DNA from: Nitrosopumilus sp.
GTDB lineage: Archaea > Thermoproteota > Nitrososphaeria > Nitrososphaerales > Nitrosopumilaceae
Reading direction: 5' to 3'
Length of the DNA: 64,000 bases
Assembly (NCBI GenBank): GCA_965205425.1
Contig: CBDBGZ010000009.1
Span: 928,001 to 992,000, forward strand
Below are positions 18,918 through 29,216 of this stretch, in pieces (the first letter of the stretch is position 1; each line of letters begins with the position of its first letter). The notes under the pieces were generated by a model. It saw only the letters and a program-made list of their open reading frames with translations. It had not been told where the DNA came from and did no database searches. Position numbers and translations under genes: made by a program.

Positions 18918-21056
18918 TCATTCAATCACAAAAGTTGTTTCTGCACTGTTGAATGCATCTTCAACTTTGATAGTGTATGTTCCTGGTTCAGTATCTTTAG
19001 GTATGACCCATGGTTGGCTAATTTCTCCTTGAGATGATGCTGGGAATGAAAGCTCTTCTATTATTTCGCCGTCTTCTGCAAATATTTCAATTGATACTGT
19101 TTGTTGTGCTCCAAAAACTGAAATATTCACAGTTTGTCCATATCCTGGAATTTCTTGTCCTTCTACAACCGATACTACTATACCTTCAATCGAAGTTGCT
19201 AATACTTCGATTTCAATATTATCAAAGTTTGAACCACTTTTTGCGTTAATGATCCATGCTCCTGCAATTCCATCTGAAGGAATCCTAAATGAGCTCTCAG
19301 AAATTTTACCATCTCTATCTGAGAATGTTTCTTTAACTTTAACTTCATCTCCGTTAGGATCACTCAAAGTTAATGTAAGTAAAACGTTAGCGCCAGTATC
19401 TCCTAAAACTAATATTGAATCTCCTGGAGAGTAATCTGTTTTTGTCGTATTAACTTTAATTTCCCCAGAACCTATTTGTAGTCCCACTGTAAATACTTCT
19501 GTACTTTGAGCACTACCTTTACTGATTACTGCAGTGTATACTCCAGATGCAAATCCTTCAAGATCTATTGAATGTGAACCACGTCCATCTGGTTCTAATG
19601 TTATGGATATGGTGTCTCCTTTTGGTTTATCTGAAGGATCTACTATAAGTAAACTGATAATTTCTGATGCTTTTCCTGAAAGCGTAATTTCTGCAGTTTC
19701 ACTTGCTTTGTAATTGAGTTTATCAAATTCTAAATTAACTGGGATTGTAGGTAATTGCCCCACACCTGCATAAATGAATTCTTTTTCTTTTTCTTGAGTA
19801 GCAATTAGTGTGTATGTTCCTTCTGTTGACGTTTGTGTAGTTGGGTATTCAAATTCAATAAAACCTAAATTATCAACTTGAATTATATCTGAAAATACTT
19901 CTTTTCCTAAAGGATCTTCTAATACTATTTCAATTGGTTTATTTTCTACTGCAGTTCCATTAAATTTCATTATTTCACCTGCTTCAAATTTTAAAGTAAT
20001 TGGAGCAATGATTATTTTTTTATCTGATTCCACAGTCCATGATATTAGTTTATCTTCTCTTCCGTCAGTAATTTTTGCACTGTATTTTCCAAATGGTGTA
20101 TCTAGTGCTACGATAATAGGTTCATCTAGTTTCCAATCTCCCTTACTATCTATTTCAGCTGTTCTGGAATTAATCACTTCACCTTCTGATGTTGTGATTT
20201 CAGCTGTTATTGCACCATTAGGATCCCCCGTTCCTGAAATCTCTAAAAAGTCTCCTCTATGAATAATATTTGGCATTCCTTTAATTGTAAGTGGAATGTT
20301 TACAGAGTCTGCAATTCTATCTATGCCTATATCTATTCTGATACTTTTCTTTCTTTCATTTCCTTCCTTGTCTTTAATTTTTAAATCTACTCTATCTGCT
20401 TTTTGATTGTCTGGAATTTTCATGGTGGTAATAAAATGTCCATTTACATCAGTATCAAAACTGCCTATTTTTTGAGTATCAATATAAAAATCAAATTCTT
20501 GTAATGCTCCAAAATTATCTCCAGTCACTCTGATGGTTGAACCAACATTTGGTTTATCTGGAATTATTCTAAATATGGATTCTGCTGTCATGCTTTCACC
20601 TATGTTTCCTGAAATTTGATCTGGGTCTGGATTCTTAACTACTGTGGATAATTCTTTTGCAATAGATACTCCAGTTCCGATTTGTATTTCTTTATCTAGT
20701 ACTTTCCAGTTTATACTTGGATTGGGTTTGTCAGTTTTTACTCCAAATTTTACAGATTCACCTGATTTGATTGAATCTGATGTTGTGAAAATTATAACCC
20801 CTTGTAAATTTTTTTCACCTGTCCAACCTTTTTCAGTTTTGAATGATTCAAAATTAAAATCACTTCCGAGCCAAATTCTTAAAGTATTAACTTCTTCATT
20901 AGAGTTATTTGTTAATTCTAATAATGATGTTTCTTCTAATGCTACACTTGTAATTGAAACTTCATCTGCGTAAACATTTGATGGAAATAAAATTGCTATA
21001 AATGAAAATAGTAATACAAATGAAAGGATAATTCCTCTCTCAGAGGATCTATTCAT
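18918..21056 (-). CDS. Large secreted acidic protein with Ig-like repeats
   Basis: Signal peptide VYA|DE; repeated DP.G...G.Y.I beta-sandwich units. Confidence 0.8.
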   Translation of the reverse strand: MNRSSERGIILSFVLLFSFIAILFPSNVYADEVSITSVALEETSLLELTNNSNEEVNTLRIWLGSDFNFESFKTEKGWTGEKNLQGVIIFTTSDSIKSGESVKFGVKTDKPNPSINWKVLDKEIQIGTGVSIAKELSTVVKNPDPDQISGNIGESMTAESIFRIIPDKPNVGSTIRVTGDNFGALQEFDFYIDTQKIGSFDTDVNGHFITTMKIPDNQKADRVDLKIKDKEGNERKKSIRIDIGIDRIADSVNIPLTIKGMPNIIHRGDFLEISGTGDPNGAITAEITTSEGEVINSRTAEIDSKGDWKLDEPIIVALDTPFGKYSAKITDGREDKLISWTVESDKKIIIAPITLKFEAGEIMKFNGTAVENKPIEIVLEDPLGKEVFSDIIQVDNLGFIEFEYPTTQTSTEGTYTLIATQEKEKEFIYAGVGQLPTIPVNLEFDKLNYKASETAEITLSGKASEIISLLIVDPSDKPKGDTISITLEPDGRGSHSIDLEGFASGVYTAVISKGSAQSTEVFTVGLQIGSGEIKVNTTKTDYSPGDSILVLGDTGANVLLTLTLSDPNGDEVKVKETFSDRDGKISESSFRIPSDGIAGAWIINAKSGSNFDNIEIEVLATSIEGIVVSVVEGQEIPGYGQTVNISVFGAQQTVSIEIFAEDGEIIEELSFPASSQGEISQPWVIPKDTEPGTYTIKVEDAFNSAETTFVIE

Positions 21057-21154
21057 ATCATTTAAACTCCATTTCTCTCACTTAAACCTTGAAAGCTTTT
21101 CCCAATTTTTCTATTTCTTAGTTTAGTGTTTTTCATGAGCAAACTTCTTAAATC

Positions 21155-23248
21155 TTAAGGCTTGGCCTTTTGGAATTTATCCAAATCTGGTTTTGTTACG
21201 ACGTTTTGATATTGTCTAATTCGTTCAGCAATTAGTCTATATAATGATCTAAATTGATCTTTAGTCTTATCTGATAGGAAATTTGCTTCTTCAAGAGTAA
21301 TTTTTTCACAAATATATCTTGTAATCTCCTCATTATCGAATTCTTCCCAATCTTCTTCTCTATGATCTTGCCATATTTTTCTTAATTTTTCTAAAATTCC
21401 TTTTCCTTCTTTAGCTGAAACATCTTGTACAGTGAGATTTGAAAATCCTTCCTGCCTAAGTTTAATTTCATATGTTTGATTGACTGGATGCAAATAATCT
21501 TCAAGTGCAATATAGTCTTCAATTGATTGTAATTTCTTTCCTTCTCGTTCAAAGAAAATAGTTTGAATAGCTGAAAATTCATTTGAAACTAGTTGAGCCG
21601 ATATTTGCTTGGACTCTTCAGAATTATCCAATAAAACAAATGTTCTATATCCGTGATTTCTATAAAATATTGCTAATGGTAATACTGCATTTTTATTATA
21701 AGCTGCAACTACATTTAATGGATTCATAGAGATATTTGGATCTTGTAAAAATTTATCAAAAGCATTAAGATACATGGCATCTGACATTGTTTCCACAATG
21801 ATTATTGGTCTGGAATTTGTTCCTATTTCCCTATCTACAATAGATTCAACTTGACCTCTACAGAGACCGTACAAAATTGGTGTTAATGTTTTATCATCAG
21901 CGTTCCAATAATCATAAAAGATTCTACTAAGATGTTTTCTTTTATCTAATTCAACTACAAGCAAGTTTCCTGGAGTATAATCAAATATCATAAATGGTGA
22001 GTGTGTTGCATACAAAACTTGATTAGAGCCAGCTAAATTTTTCAACAAATCTGAAATTCCCATTTGTTGTGTTGGGTGAAGATTTCTTGCTGGTTCATCT
22101 AATAGTAATATTGCTTCTTTTAATTCTGCTCTTTGTGTTTCTGCAGCAAAATTTACAATGAACGAAAATGTCCATTTGAAACCTTCTGCTCTTCTATTTA
22201 GTAATCCTGTGTTTGTAATTGTTCCATCTTTGTGAACATCTGAAATTACAACACTCATAATGTTTCCTGGATTATATCTCAAGTCTACGTGAATAGGATC
22301 TCCTTTCCAAGCAGGATTTAATTTCTTAGTTAACCTATTACTTGCAGCATTTAGCAACTTGATGCATTTAGAAGGGCTCTCTTTTACATCATCTAATTCT
22401 CTCATGTCTAGTTCTGCAAGATAAAATAGATTCCTAACTGTTTCAGCTTTATCAAATTCTTCAACAAATTCAATTGAATCTTGTCGTTCTCCTTTTTCTT
22501 CTCTTAGATATTCATTAAGGTTGATGTTTCCGTAGATTTTTTTATAATCTGAAAAATACACAAATCTTGGATGTAATTCTGATGCGATAAAATTCATCAA
22601 AGCTGTTTTCTCACTTTCACCACTTAGAAGATTTGAAAATTGGTTTTCAGGACTTTCATAGATTTTTTCCCACTCTTCAATTACTTTGGGTTCTTGAATG
22701 GCAATTACATGAAATTGATTACTAAATTCAGCCATTTCACTATCAAAAGCTTCTTGATTTCTTGGTACGTCTTCTTCAAAAAATTTTGTGTCTACTTGTA
22801 TTCTAAGATGATTTGGAATCGTGTCTAAAAATCCAAAAATTTGTCTTGAAAAATTTTCCCAAGAATTCAATCCTTTATTTTCATCTTCACTAAGTTCAAT
22901 ATCCTCAAACTCATACTGAACATTTGGATTTTGATTTGTTCTAAATAATTTAATTTTTTTGATTTCGGGTAATCCTGGAAATTTTTCTTTTATTATACTA
23001 ATTTCATGTTCACTAAGTTCAAATTCACCTTCTGCTAATCTCATCTCTTCTTTTAATTCCTCATTCATTTCATCACATAGATCTAATTCTGAAACTTCCT
23101 CATTTCTGTTTAATAGAGTCAAGGCTTGAAGAATTGTGGTTTTACCACTTTCATTTCTACCTACAAAGGCTGCCAAATCCCCAACTGTAATTTCGCCAGA
23201 ATCGTGAATGCAACGATATGCTCTAGCTCTAAATTTTCTAAGTCGCAT
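21155..23248 (-). CDS. ABC-type ATPase with C-terminal TOPRIM-like region (OLD-like)
   Basis: GRNESGKT, LLLDEP, ATHSP; IIVETMSD and LLDNS. Confidence 0.75.
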   Translation of the reverse strand: MRLRKFRARAYRCIHDSGEITVGDLAAFVGRNESGKTTILQALTLLNRNEEVSELDLCDEMNEELKEEMRLAEGEFELSEHEISIIKEKFPGLPEIKKIKLFRTNQNPNVQYEFEDIELSEDENKGLNSWENFSRQIFGFLDTIPNHLRIQVDTKFFEEDVPRNQEAFDSEMAEFSNQFHVIAIQEPKVIEEWEKIYESPENQFSNLLSGESEKTALMNFIASELHPRFVYFSDYKKIYGNINLNEYLREEKGERQDSIEFVEEFDKAETVRNLFYLAELDMRELDDVKESPSKCIKLLNAASNRLTKKLNPAWKGDPIHVDLRYNPGNIMSVVISDVHKDGTITNTGLLNRRAEGFKWTFSFIVNFAAETQRAELKEAILLLDEPARNLHPTQQMGISDLLKNLAGSNQVLYATHSPFMIFDYTPGNLLVVELDKRKHLSRIFYDYWNADDKTLTPILYGLCRGQVESIVDREIGTNSRPIIIVETMSDAMYLNAFDKFLQDPNISMNPLNVVAAYNKNAVLPLAIFYRNHGYRTFVLLDNSEESKQISAQLVSNEFSAIQTIFFEREGKKLQSIEDYIALEDYLHPVNQTYEIKLRQEGFSNLTVQDVSAKEGKGILEKLRKIWQDHREEDWEEFDNEEITRYICEKITLEEANFLSDKTKDQFRSLYRLIAERIRQYQNVVTKPDLDKFQKAKP

Positions 23249-23352
23249 CTAGCGATATTTAGTTGGCTACGATTTAACTCATTCGTCAAATTGATCTTGA
23301 CCTTTGAAATTTTGCTAAATAGATATAAGGGAATTGTAGATTTTAAAACGAA

Positions 23353-23856
23353 ATGGCTACTAAGCGAGTTTTCATCGTGTATGTTTTACCTGTTATTTTC
23401 TCAATAATTATTGGTTCTGCAGTATTATCAGATATTCTTCAAAAACCTGATAGAGAATTAAACATGTGGCCCATGTCTAATTCTCAAGGAGGTACTTCTC
23501 ATAATGCCCCAATACCTAATTTTCAAGCAGGAACTTCTGATAATACTCCAATAGAAATTATAGGATTGTCCAATCAGTACACTACAACGGAACCTGTTGA
23601 AATTCAAGTAAAAATTGATGATTCTTCGTTTAATTGTGGAGATTTGTATATTACAATTTATTCTTCTGGAAAAAGTGATGTAATTACACAAGGTGGATTT
23701 CTTGAACAATGCTTTGAATCTGGAAGCAAAATCATTCCTGTAGGCGATGAATTTTCTAAGATTATTGATACTCCTGGTTCATATGTGATAGTCACACAAA
23801 TGGTCTCAAAACAATTAAAGAATATCTCTGCTGAAGGAACATTTACTGTTAAATAG
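23353..23856 (+). CDS. Membrane-anchored hypothetical protein
   Basis: N-terminal TM; short internal duplication QGGTSHNAPI/QAGTSDNTPI. Confidence 0.7.
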   Translation: MATKRVFIVYVLPVIFSIIIGSAVLSDILQKPDRELNMWPMSNSQGGTSHNAPIPNFQAGTSDNTPIEIIGLSNQYTTTEPVEIQVKIDDSSFNCGDLYITIYSSGKSDVITQGGFLEQCFESGSKIIPVGDEFSKIIDTPGSYVIVTQMVSKQLKNISAEGTFTVK

Positions 23857-23911
23857 GAATGAAATATTGATTGATAAATAAGAAATTGAATTTAAAAAAT
23901 AAGGTGATTTA

Positions 23912-24736
23912 ATGGCAAAGAAAAAAGATACTCTGATAGAAGAAGCAGAAAAAATTAAAGCTGATCTTGATAAACTAAAAAAGAAAAAGAGAATTCTAGA
24001 TTCATCATCTGCAAAGAAAACAGCAAAGAAAGCAGAAGCAAAGCCTGCAAAGAAAACAGCAAAGAAAACAGCAAAGAAAACAGCAAAGAAAGCAGAAGCA
24101 AAGCCTGCAAAGAAAACAGCAAAGAAAACAGCAAAGAAAACAGCAAAGAAAGCAGAAGCAAAGCCTGCAAAGAAAACAGCAAAGAAAGCAGAAGCAAAGC
24201 CTGCAAAGAAAACAGCAAAGAAAACAGAAACAAAGCCAAAACCTGTCAAAGTAAAAAAATTAACTAAAAAAGAATTAGAAGAAGAAAAAAGAATTGCTGA
24301 ATTAACACTTGAAGAAGAATTAGAAGAACAACTTTCAGATGCAGAAATTGAAAATTTCCAAATTGAAAAAGTCGATATGGAAAGATTGACAAACAAAGTT
24401 TGTGATATTTTAGCTGAAAAAGAATCTGATGGAATGTTCCAAGGAGAATTATGGAAAAAACTTAAACTTACAAATCAAATTGGTTCTCGTTTAGCATTAA
24501 AACTTGAAAGAATGGGTACAATCACAAGAGAAAAACTTCTTGAGAACAATCGTTGGACATACAAATTAATTTTAAAAAAGACTCCAATTAGTACACAATC
24601 AATTGAAAACGCACCATGTTTAGTTTGTCCTGTAGAGCAGAAATGTTCACTTGAAGGTGAGATTAGTCCTAGAAATTGTCAATTTATTGAAGATTGGGTA
24701 ATTGCTGAATTAAAAAAACCTGTGAAGGCCAAATGA
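23912..24736 (+). CDS. TFE-beta / RPC34-like factor with histone-H1-like N-terminal repeat
   Basis: Winged helix (FQGELWKKL...SRLALKLE) plus CxxCPxxxxC-x10-C Fe-S-type motif. Confidence 0.75.
   Translation: MAKKKDTLIEEAEKIKADLDKLKKKKRILDSSSAKKTAKKAEAKPAKKTAKKTAKKTAKKAEAKPAKKTAKKTAKKTAKKAEAKPAKKTAKKAEAKPAKKTAKKTETKPKPVKVKKLTKKELEEEKRIAELTLEEELEEQLSDAEIENFQIEKVDMERLTNKVCDILAEKESDGMFQGELWKKLKLTNQIGSRLALKLERMGTITREKLLENNRWTYKLILKKTPISTQSIENAPCLVCPVEQKCSLEGEISPRNCQFIEDWVIAELKKPVKAK
24011..24237 (+). repeat. Coding tandem repeat of AKKT and AKKAEAKP units
   Basis: GCAAAGAAAACA and GCAAAGAAAGCAGAAGCAAAGCCT units. Confidence 0.95.
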
Positions 24737-25326
24737 AACTCGCAGATGCACGCAAAGATCATTATCGTAGATTAGCTCATGAACAAGGTTTTCGAAGTAG
24801 AGCTGCATTCAAACTACAAGAACTGAATAAATCGTATAGACTCATAGGTCCTGGATTTAATGTACTAGATCTTGGATGTGCTCCTGGAGGTTGGACTCAA
24901 ATGGCTATGAAATTAATTGGAAATCAAGGGAAAGTAATGGGAATTGATTTGTCCTATGTTGAAGAAATTCCTGGCGCTCATATTATACGAGAAAATATTG
25001 AAGATGAACATGTTGTTGATGAAGTACTGTCTTATTTTGGGCGTAAAGTTAACGCTGTAATTTGTGATCTTTCACCACAAGTTAGTGGAAATTGGTCCGT
25101 TGATCATGCTAAACAAATTTCACTAAATTATGACTGTACAAAAATCATGGAAAAGGTTTTAGCTCACAAAGGAAATGCTGTCTTCAAAGTTTTTGACGGT
25201 GAATTCTCAATGGAATTTCGAGATTATGTAAAGAAAAAATTTGCTAGAATTAATCTTACCAAACCTGATGCTAGTAGAAAACAAAGTAGTGAATTATATC
25301 TTGTTTGTTTAGGTTTTACTGGATAG
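24733..25326 (+). CDS. rlmE: 23S rRNA Um2552 methyltransferase RlmE/FtsJ
   Basis: RSRAAFKL, DLGCAPGGW, KP.ASR..SSE motifs. Confidence 0.95.
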   Translation: MKLADARKDHYRRLAHEQGFRSRAAFKLQELNKSYRLIGPGFNVLDLGCAPGGWTQMAMKLIGNQGKVMGIDLSYVEEIPGAHIIRENIEDEHVVDEVLSYFGRKVNAVICDLSPQVSGNWSVDHAKQISLNYDCTKIMEKVLAHKGNAVFKVFDGEFSMEFRDYVKKKFARINLTKPDASRKQSSELYLVCLGFTG

Positions 25327-26464
25327 TTTTAAAAATTTTAATTATTTCATTTACATTTGCGTCAGTTTTAAATCCAGTTGGATTAAATATTGTGGCACTA
25401 GATACAAATCCACTTTCTTTCAAGCTTGAAATTGCTTTTTCTAATTTTGGCGGGGATGATTTCATTATGGATGCAATTTCATCTATTGTGTAATATGTTC
25501 CTGGCATTTCTGATTCAGATAAACATTTACAAAGTATTTTTTCACAATTTTTGTCTGTTTCTAATTTAGAATTTTCCTCTATCATATTTTGAACAAATTC
25601 TTTGTTAAAAATTTCTTCTATCCACAATGGTCCTGCTATGCTAATCTTTGAGTTACATAATTCACATTCTTGTTCTTGTCCAAGAGAAATTTTTCTATTT
25701 CCACAATTTTTACAATGTAAAATATATCCTAGATTTTCTTGTTGATCCGGTCTATTGAGAACTTTGACATATGTTCTATAGTAGTGCATTTCACTTTCAA
25801 CAAACATTGGAATAATAGTTACACCTAGTCTTGCCGCTACTGTTCTCAGTGAACCTAAAATCAATCTAATTGCAATTTCATTTCCGTACTCTGCTCTAAC
25901 TGGAACTCCTCCATACTTTCTTTTACATGCAGATTGAAAGAGACCGTTTAACACTTGAAGATCTGTGGCTGCTGTTGATAATATGCCTCCATGCATAGTT
26001 GCCCTAATCCCACAGTCAAAGAATGCTGCAGGTGATCCAAAAGGATCTATATCTACAATTGAGCCTCTTTCTCCTTTTTTTGAATAATTACTAAAAAATC
26101 TACATACTTCCTTTTCAGAAAATTCTATATTTTTTATCTCATTAAGATTTGCAGAATATTCCGCCATTTTTAGTGCAGAAGGATTGAGATCATTAATTAC
26201 AATCTTTTCAACATTTAATTCATTTGCAACTCGTAATCCTCTAGCTCCTAATCCTGAAAGCCCTTCTAAGAAAATTTTTGAACCTTGAAATTTGTTAAGA
26301 AAAGCAGAATATGCAATTATAGAAAAATCCCTGTTTAGTTTTGCTTTTGGGTTGAAAAATGCTGGTTTCATTGGAGGAACTTTATCCGTAATTGATTTTT
26401 TTGGGACTAGAAGTTTTGTTTTCCCTTCAATTATCTCTTGAAAAGTTTCATCTGGAAATTCCAA
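25316..26464 (-). CDS. trm1: tRNA (guanine26-N2)-dimethyltransferase
   Basis: FFNP...NRD, DIDPFGSP, GPLW motifs. Confidence 0.95.
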   Translation of the reverse strand: MEFPDETFQEIIEGKTKLLVPKKSITDKVPPMKPAFFNPKAKLNRDFSIIAYSAFLNKFQGSKIFLEGLSGLGARGLRVANELNVEKIVINDLNPSALKMAEYSANLNEIKNIEFSEKEVCRFFSNYSKKGERGSIVDIDPFGSPAAFFDCGIRATMHGGILSTAATDLQVLNGLFQSACKRKYGGVPVRAEYGNEIAIRLILGSLRTVAARLGVTIIPMFVESEMHYYRTYVKVLNRPDQQENLGYILHCKNCGNRKISLGQEQECELCNSKISIAGPLWIEEIFNKEFVQNMIEENSKLETDKNCEKILCKCLSESEMPGTYYTIDEIASIMKSSPPKLEKAISSLKESGFVSSATIFNPTGFKTDANVNEIIKIFKTIQ

Positions 26465-26524
26465 TTAGTTTTCAATTTTCCTAAACGTATAACGGTTTAA
26501 TACTTGTGTTTTAAGACACAATTC

Positions 26525-27145
26525 GTGCAAATTTGTGGTATTGATGATGCGGGCCGTGGTCCTATGTTGGGACCATTAGTAATTGCTGGAGTATCATTGG
26601 ACAAAAAAAATTTAAAAAAATTAAATGCTTTGGGTGTAAAAGATTCAAAAAAACTTACCCCTAAATTACGTGAACATCTATACAAAAAAATTATAGAAAT
26701 TGTAGATGACTACTATGTTGCAAAAATTCCCCCTAGATCAATTGATGCGAGTGTAAAAAAACACTGCTTAAATGAATTGGAGGCAAAATACATGGCAAAA
26801 GTTGTTTCAAAATTAAATCCTGACATTTCATATGTTGATTCATGTGATGTAAATCCAACTAGATTTGGAAAAGAAATTTCAAAATTGTCTGACAATCACA
26901 AAATTAGATCATATCATCGTGCAGATAGTAGATTTGTTGTTGTATCTGCCGCATCTATTCTAGCTAAAGTTACTCGCGATAGGGTAATTATGAAATTAAG
27001 AAAAGATCATAATTTGGGTAGTGGATATCCATCTGATTCTGTAACTGTAAAATTTGTAACAAAATATTATAAAAAAAATCATGAGATGCCTAAATTTGTG
27101 CGTAAAAGTTGGAAACCTGTACAAAAAATTATTGAAAATAACTAA
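26525..27145 (+). CDS. rnhB: Ribonuclease HII
   Basis: GIDDAGRGP, DSKKL, SAASILAKV.RD, GSGYPSD; GTG start at 26525. Confidence 0.95.
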   Translation: MQICGIDDAGRGPMLGPLVIAGVSLDKKNLKKLNALGVKDSKKLTPKLREHLYKKIIEIVDDYYVAKIPPRSIDASVKKHCLNELEAKYMAKVVSKLNPDISYVDSCDVNPTRFGKEISKLSDNHKIRSYHRADSRFVVVSAASILAKVTRDRVIMKLRKDHNLGSGYPSDSVTVKFVTKYYKKNHEMPKFVRKSWKPVQKIIENN

Positions 27146-27813
27146 TTGAATTTTGAAATTACCATTGCGTGATCTTTATCATACGGATGTAAATCGATAG
27201 TCTGTAAAACCTCAAATCTTGGTTTTAACTTCTCTATTTCTTCCTCAACAATTCTTTTTGGAGCTTTGGTGACATCTATACTTCTAGTTTTGATTACTAA
27301 AAAGAAATAACCACCTTTTTTTAGAAACATTCCACAGTTATCAATTGCAATTTGTGTTTGATCTGGTTGTGCAATATCTACATACACGACGTCTACTTTT
27401 CCAAATACTGAAAAATATTCTTTTGGTTTTCTTGCATCTTGTAAAATTGGTATGATGTTTTTTCTATATGTTGCAACTCTATCTAAAAAATCTCTTGCAA
27501 CTCTACTTGCATGTTCTACTGCAAAAACAATTCCACTTGGGCCTACAATGTCTGAAATATGACTAACTGTGGTTCCTGTTGATGCTCCTAAATACAAAAC
27601 TTGACTTTTATTTTCAAAAGGAAAATAATCAAGATCATTCATAATTGCTGCTGCTAATTTACTTCTAAATGGATCCCATAACCTGTATTCAATATTTTTT
27701 TTAATAATTAATTTTTCTTTGTAAACTTGATTTCCTGGAACCATATTTTCTGTGGCTAGTTTTTTTTGGCCTTCTGATTTTATCCAAAAAAATGATTGAC
27801 TATCTTCTTCCAA
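27142..27813 (-). CDS. flpA: Fibrillarin-like 2'-O-methyltransferase
   Basis: WDPFRSKLAA, LYLGASTGTTVSH, DIAQPDQ; likely TTG start at 27813. Confidence 0.95.
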   Translation of the reverse strand: MEEDSQSFFWIKSEGQKKLATENMVPGNQVYKEKLIIKKNIEYRLWDPFRSKLAAAIMNDLDYFPFENKSQVLYLGASTGTTVSHISDIVGPSGIVFAVEHASRVARDFLDRVATYRKNIIPILQDARKPKEYFSVFGKVDVVYVDIAQPDQTQIAIDNCGMFLKKGGYFFLVIKTRSIDVTKAPKRIVEEEIEKLKPRFEVLQTIDLHPYDKDHAMVISKFN

Positions 27814-29131
27814 ACTTTTTTCTCTTTTTATTTGAATTTTGATCTTCTCTTCTTGGATTATCTCTGTAGCCACCTTCTCTACGGTCGCCTCTTCTTCTAT
27901 CTCCACCTTCTCTTCTTCTATTTCCACCTTCTCTTCTTCTATTTCCACCTCTTCTTGGTTTATCTCCAAAACCACCTTCTCTTCTAAATGATGGAGGTGG
28001 TCTCATGTCTTTTTCAGTTGGATTTTCATATTTCTTACCTATTTCATCAACTCTGATGTTGAGTTTTTCAAGTAAAGTTTGGTTTAATCCTTCACCGTAT
28101 ACGTCCACTCTTGCAGCAATTACTGCTTTAGCAGCTACTGCACGTGCAATTTTTCCCCGTTGCCATCTTGGAGCAGCATGAACCATTGCATGTTGGAATA
28201 ATAATCCGTGTTTAGGTGGTTGTGAACCTGTCTTCAATGATCTGAATAGTGCTTTTTCGGCCCCTAGTATTTGTATTGTACTAGCAGGAAGTGATGCCAT
28301 TTTTTTGAGACTTCCAGCTCTTCCCAAAATCCTTGCACCTACTGCAGTTCCAAGTATTGCTGAAAGGTTTGGTGCAATCTCTTGCATTTCTGATTCAACA
28401 TGTTCCTCAAGTTGTTTACGTAATTCATGAAAATCTAAAACCTGTTTAGCAATTGATTGCACAATTGCTAAATTAATATCTGAAATATCTCCACCTCTAC
28501 TTTTTGATGAAATTAGTGATAACATTTCTACTTTTGATTCAGGAAAACCTGCTTCTTCAAAAATTTGTTTAGTTAATGATTCTCTTTTTCCTGCCATTAC
28601 GATTTGTGCATATCCGTTAATACTATCAATTATGTTATCTAATTCTGGAAAATGTAATCCATACCATTCTCTAAGTCTTGAACTTAGGCCATTTGCAATT
28701 TTGTCAATTTCATCTAGTGAATTAATTGCTTGAATTATATGTAAATCTGGACTTTGTGAAACTTCTGTAACTTTTGAAGATGATAATCCTAAAGCAAACT
28801 CTCTTAATTTTCCAAGTGTATCTTGTAAGTTTGATGCAAAACCTGAATCAACAATAATCTGTGGTTTTGTAGCTTGAATTGTATCTAATTCTGAAGATTC
28901 CATAAGATGGCAATCAATAGAATATTTTTTTAGAATTGCAAGCAATGATTCGTCACTAACAGCAAATCCTCTTTGAGTAGATGCTAGATAGTTTACAAGC
29001 TCATTTAATTTTGATTCTTTATTTTTTACTAAAAGATACTCTTTAACAGCATTTGAGAAAGGAAATGTTTTGTCAAGTTTTCCATCATTGAAAACTGAGA
29101 TTCCCAATTCTGTTAAAACTACAGAATACAT
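27800..29131 (-). CDS. nop5: C/D box sRNP protein Nop5 with R/G/E-rich tail
   Basis: REWYGLHFPEL, IQILGAEKALF, PKHG motifs. Confidence 0.95.
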   Translation of the reverse strand: MYSVVLTELGISVFNDGKLDKTFPFSNAVKEYLLVKNKESKLNELVNYLASTQRGFAVSDESLLAILKKYSIDCHLMESSELDTIQATKPQIIVDSGFASNLQDTLGKLREFALGLSSSKVTEVSQSPDLHIIQAINSLDEIDKIANGLSSRLREWYGLHFPELDNIIDSINGYAQIVMAGKRESLTKQIFEEAGFPESKVEMLSLISSKSRGGDISDINLAIVQSIAKQVLDFHELRKQLEEHVESEMQEIAPNLSAILGTAVGARILGRAGSLKKMASLPASTIQILGAEKALFRSLKTGSQPPKHGLLFQHAMVHAAPRWQRGKIARAVAAKAVIAARVDVYGEGLNQTLLEKLNIRVDEIGKKYENPTEKDMRPPPSFRREGGFGDKPRRGGNRRREGGNRRREGGDRRRGDRREGGYRDNPRREDQNSNKKRKKFGRR

Positions 29132-29216
29132 GACTAGTTGATTCTAAATCACCTTTAAAAAAGGTACCAGAATCGAGAATCAACTGTTATATTCGAAACT
29201 AAGCTCATTAATCAAA

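Noticed and set aside
23815..24396. Hydrophobic antisense ORFs (193 aa and 94 aa)
   Set aside because: Shadows of the stop-free AKK repeat on the opposite strand
26525..26560. RNase HII DDAG instead of DEAG as inactivation
   Set aside because: Conservative acidic change; the rest of the gene is intact
27814..27975. Acidic N-terminal extension of fibrillarin
   Set aside because: Alternate frame of the Nop5 tail repeat; the TTG at 27813 gives a normal-length protein
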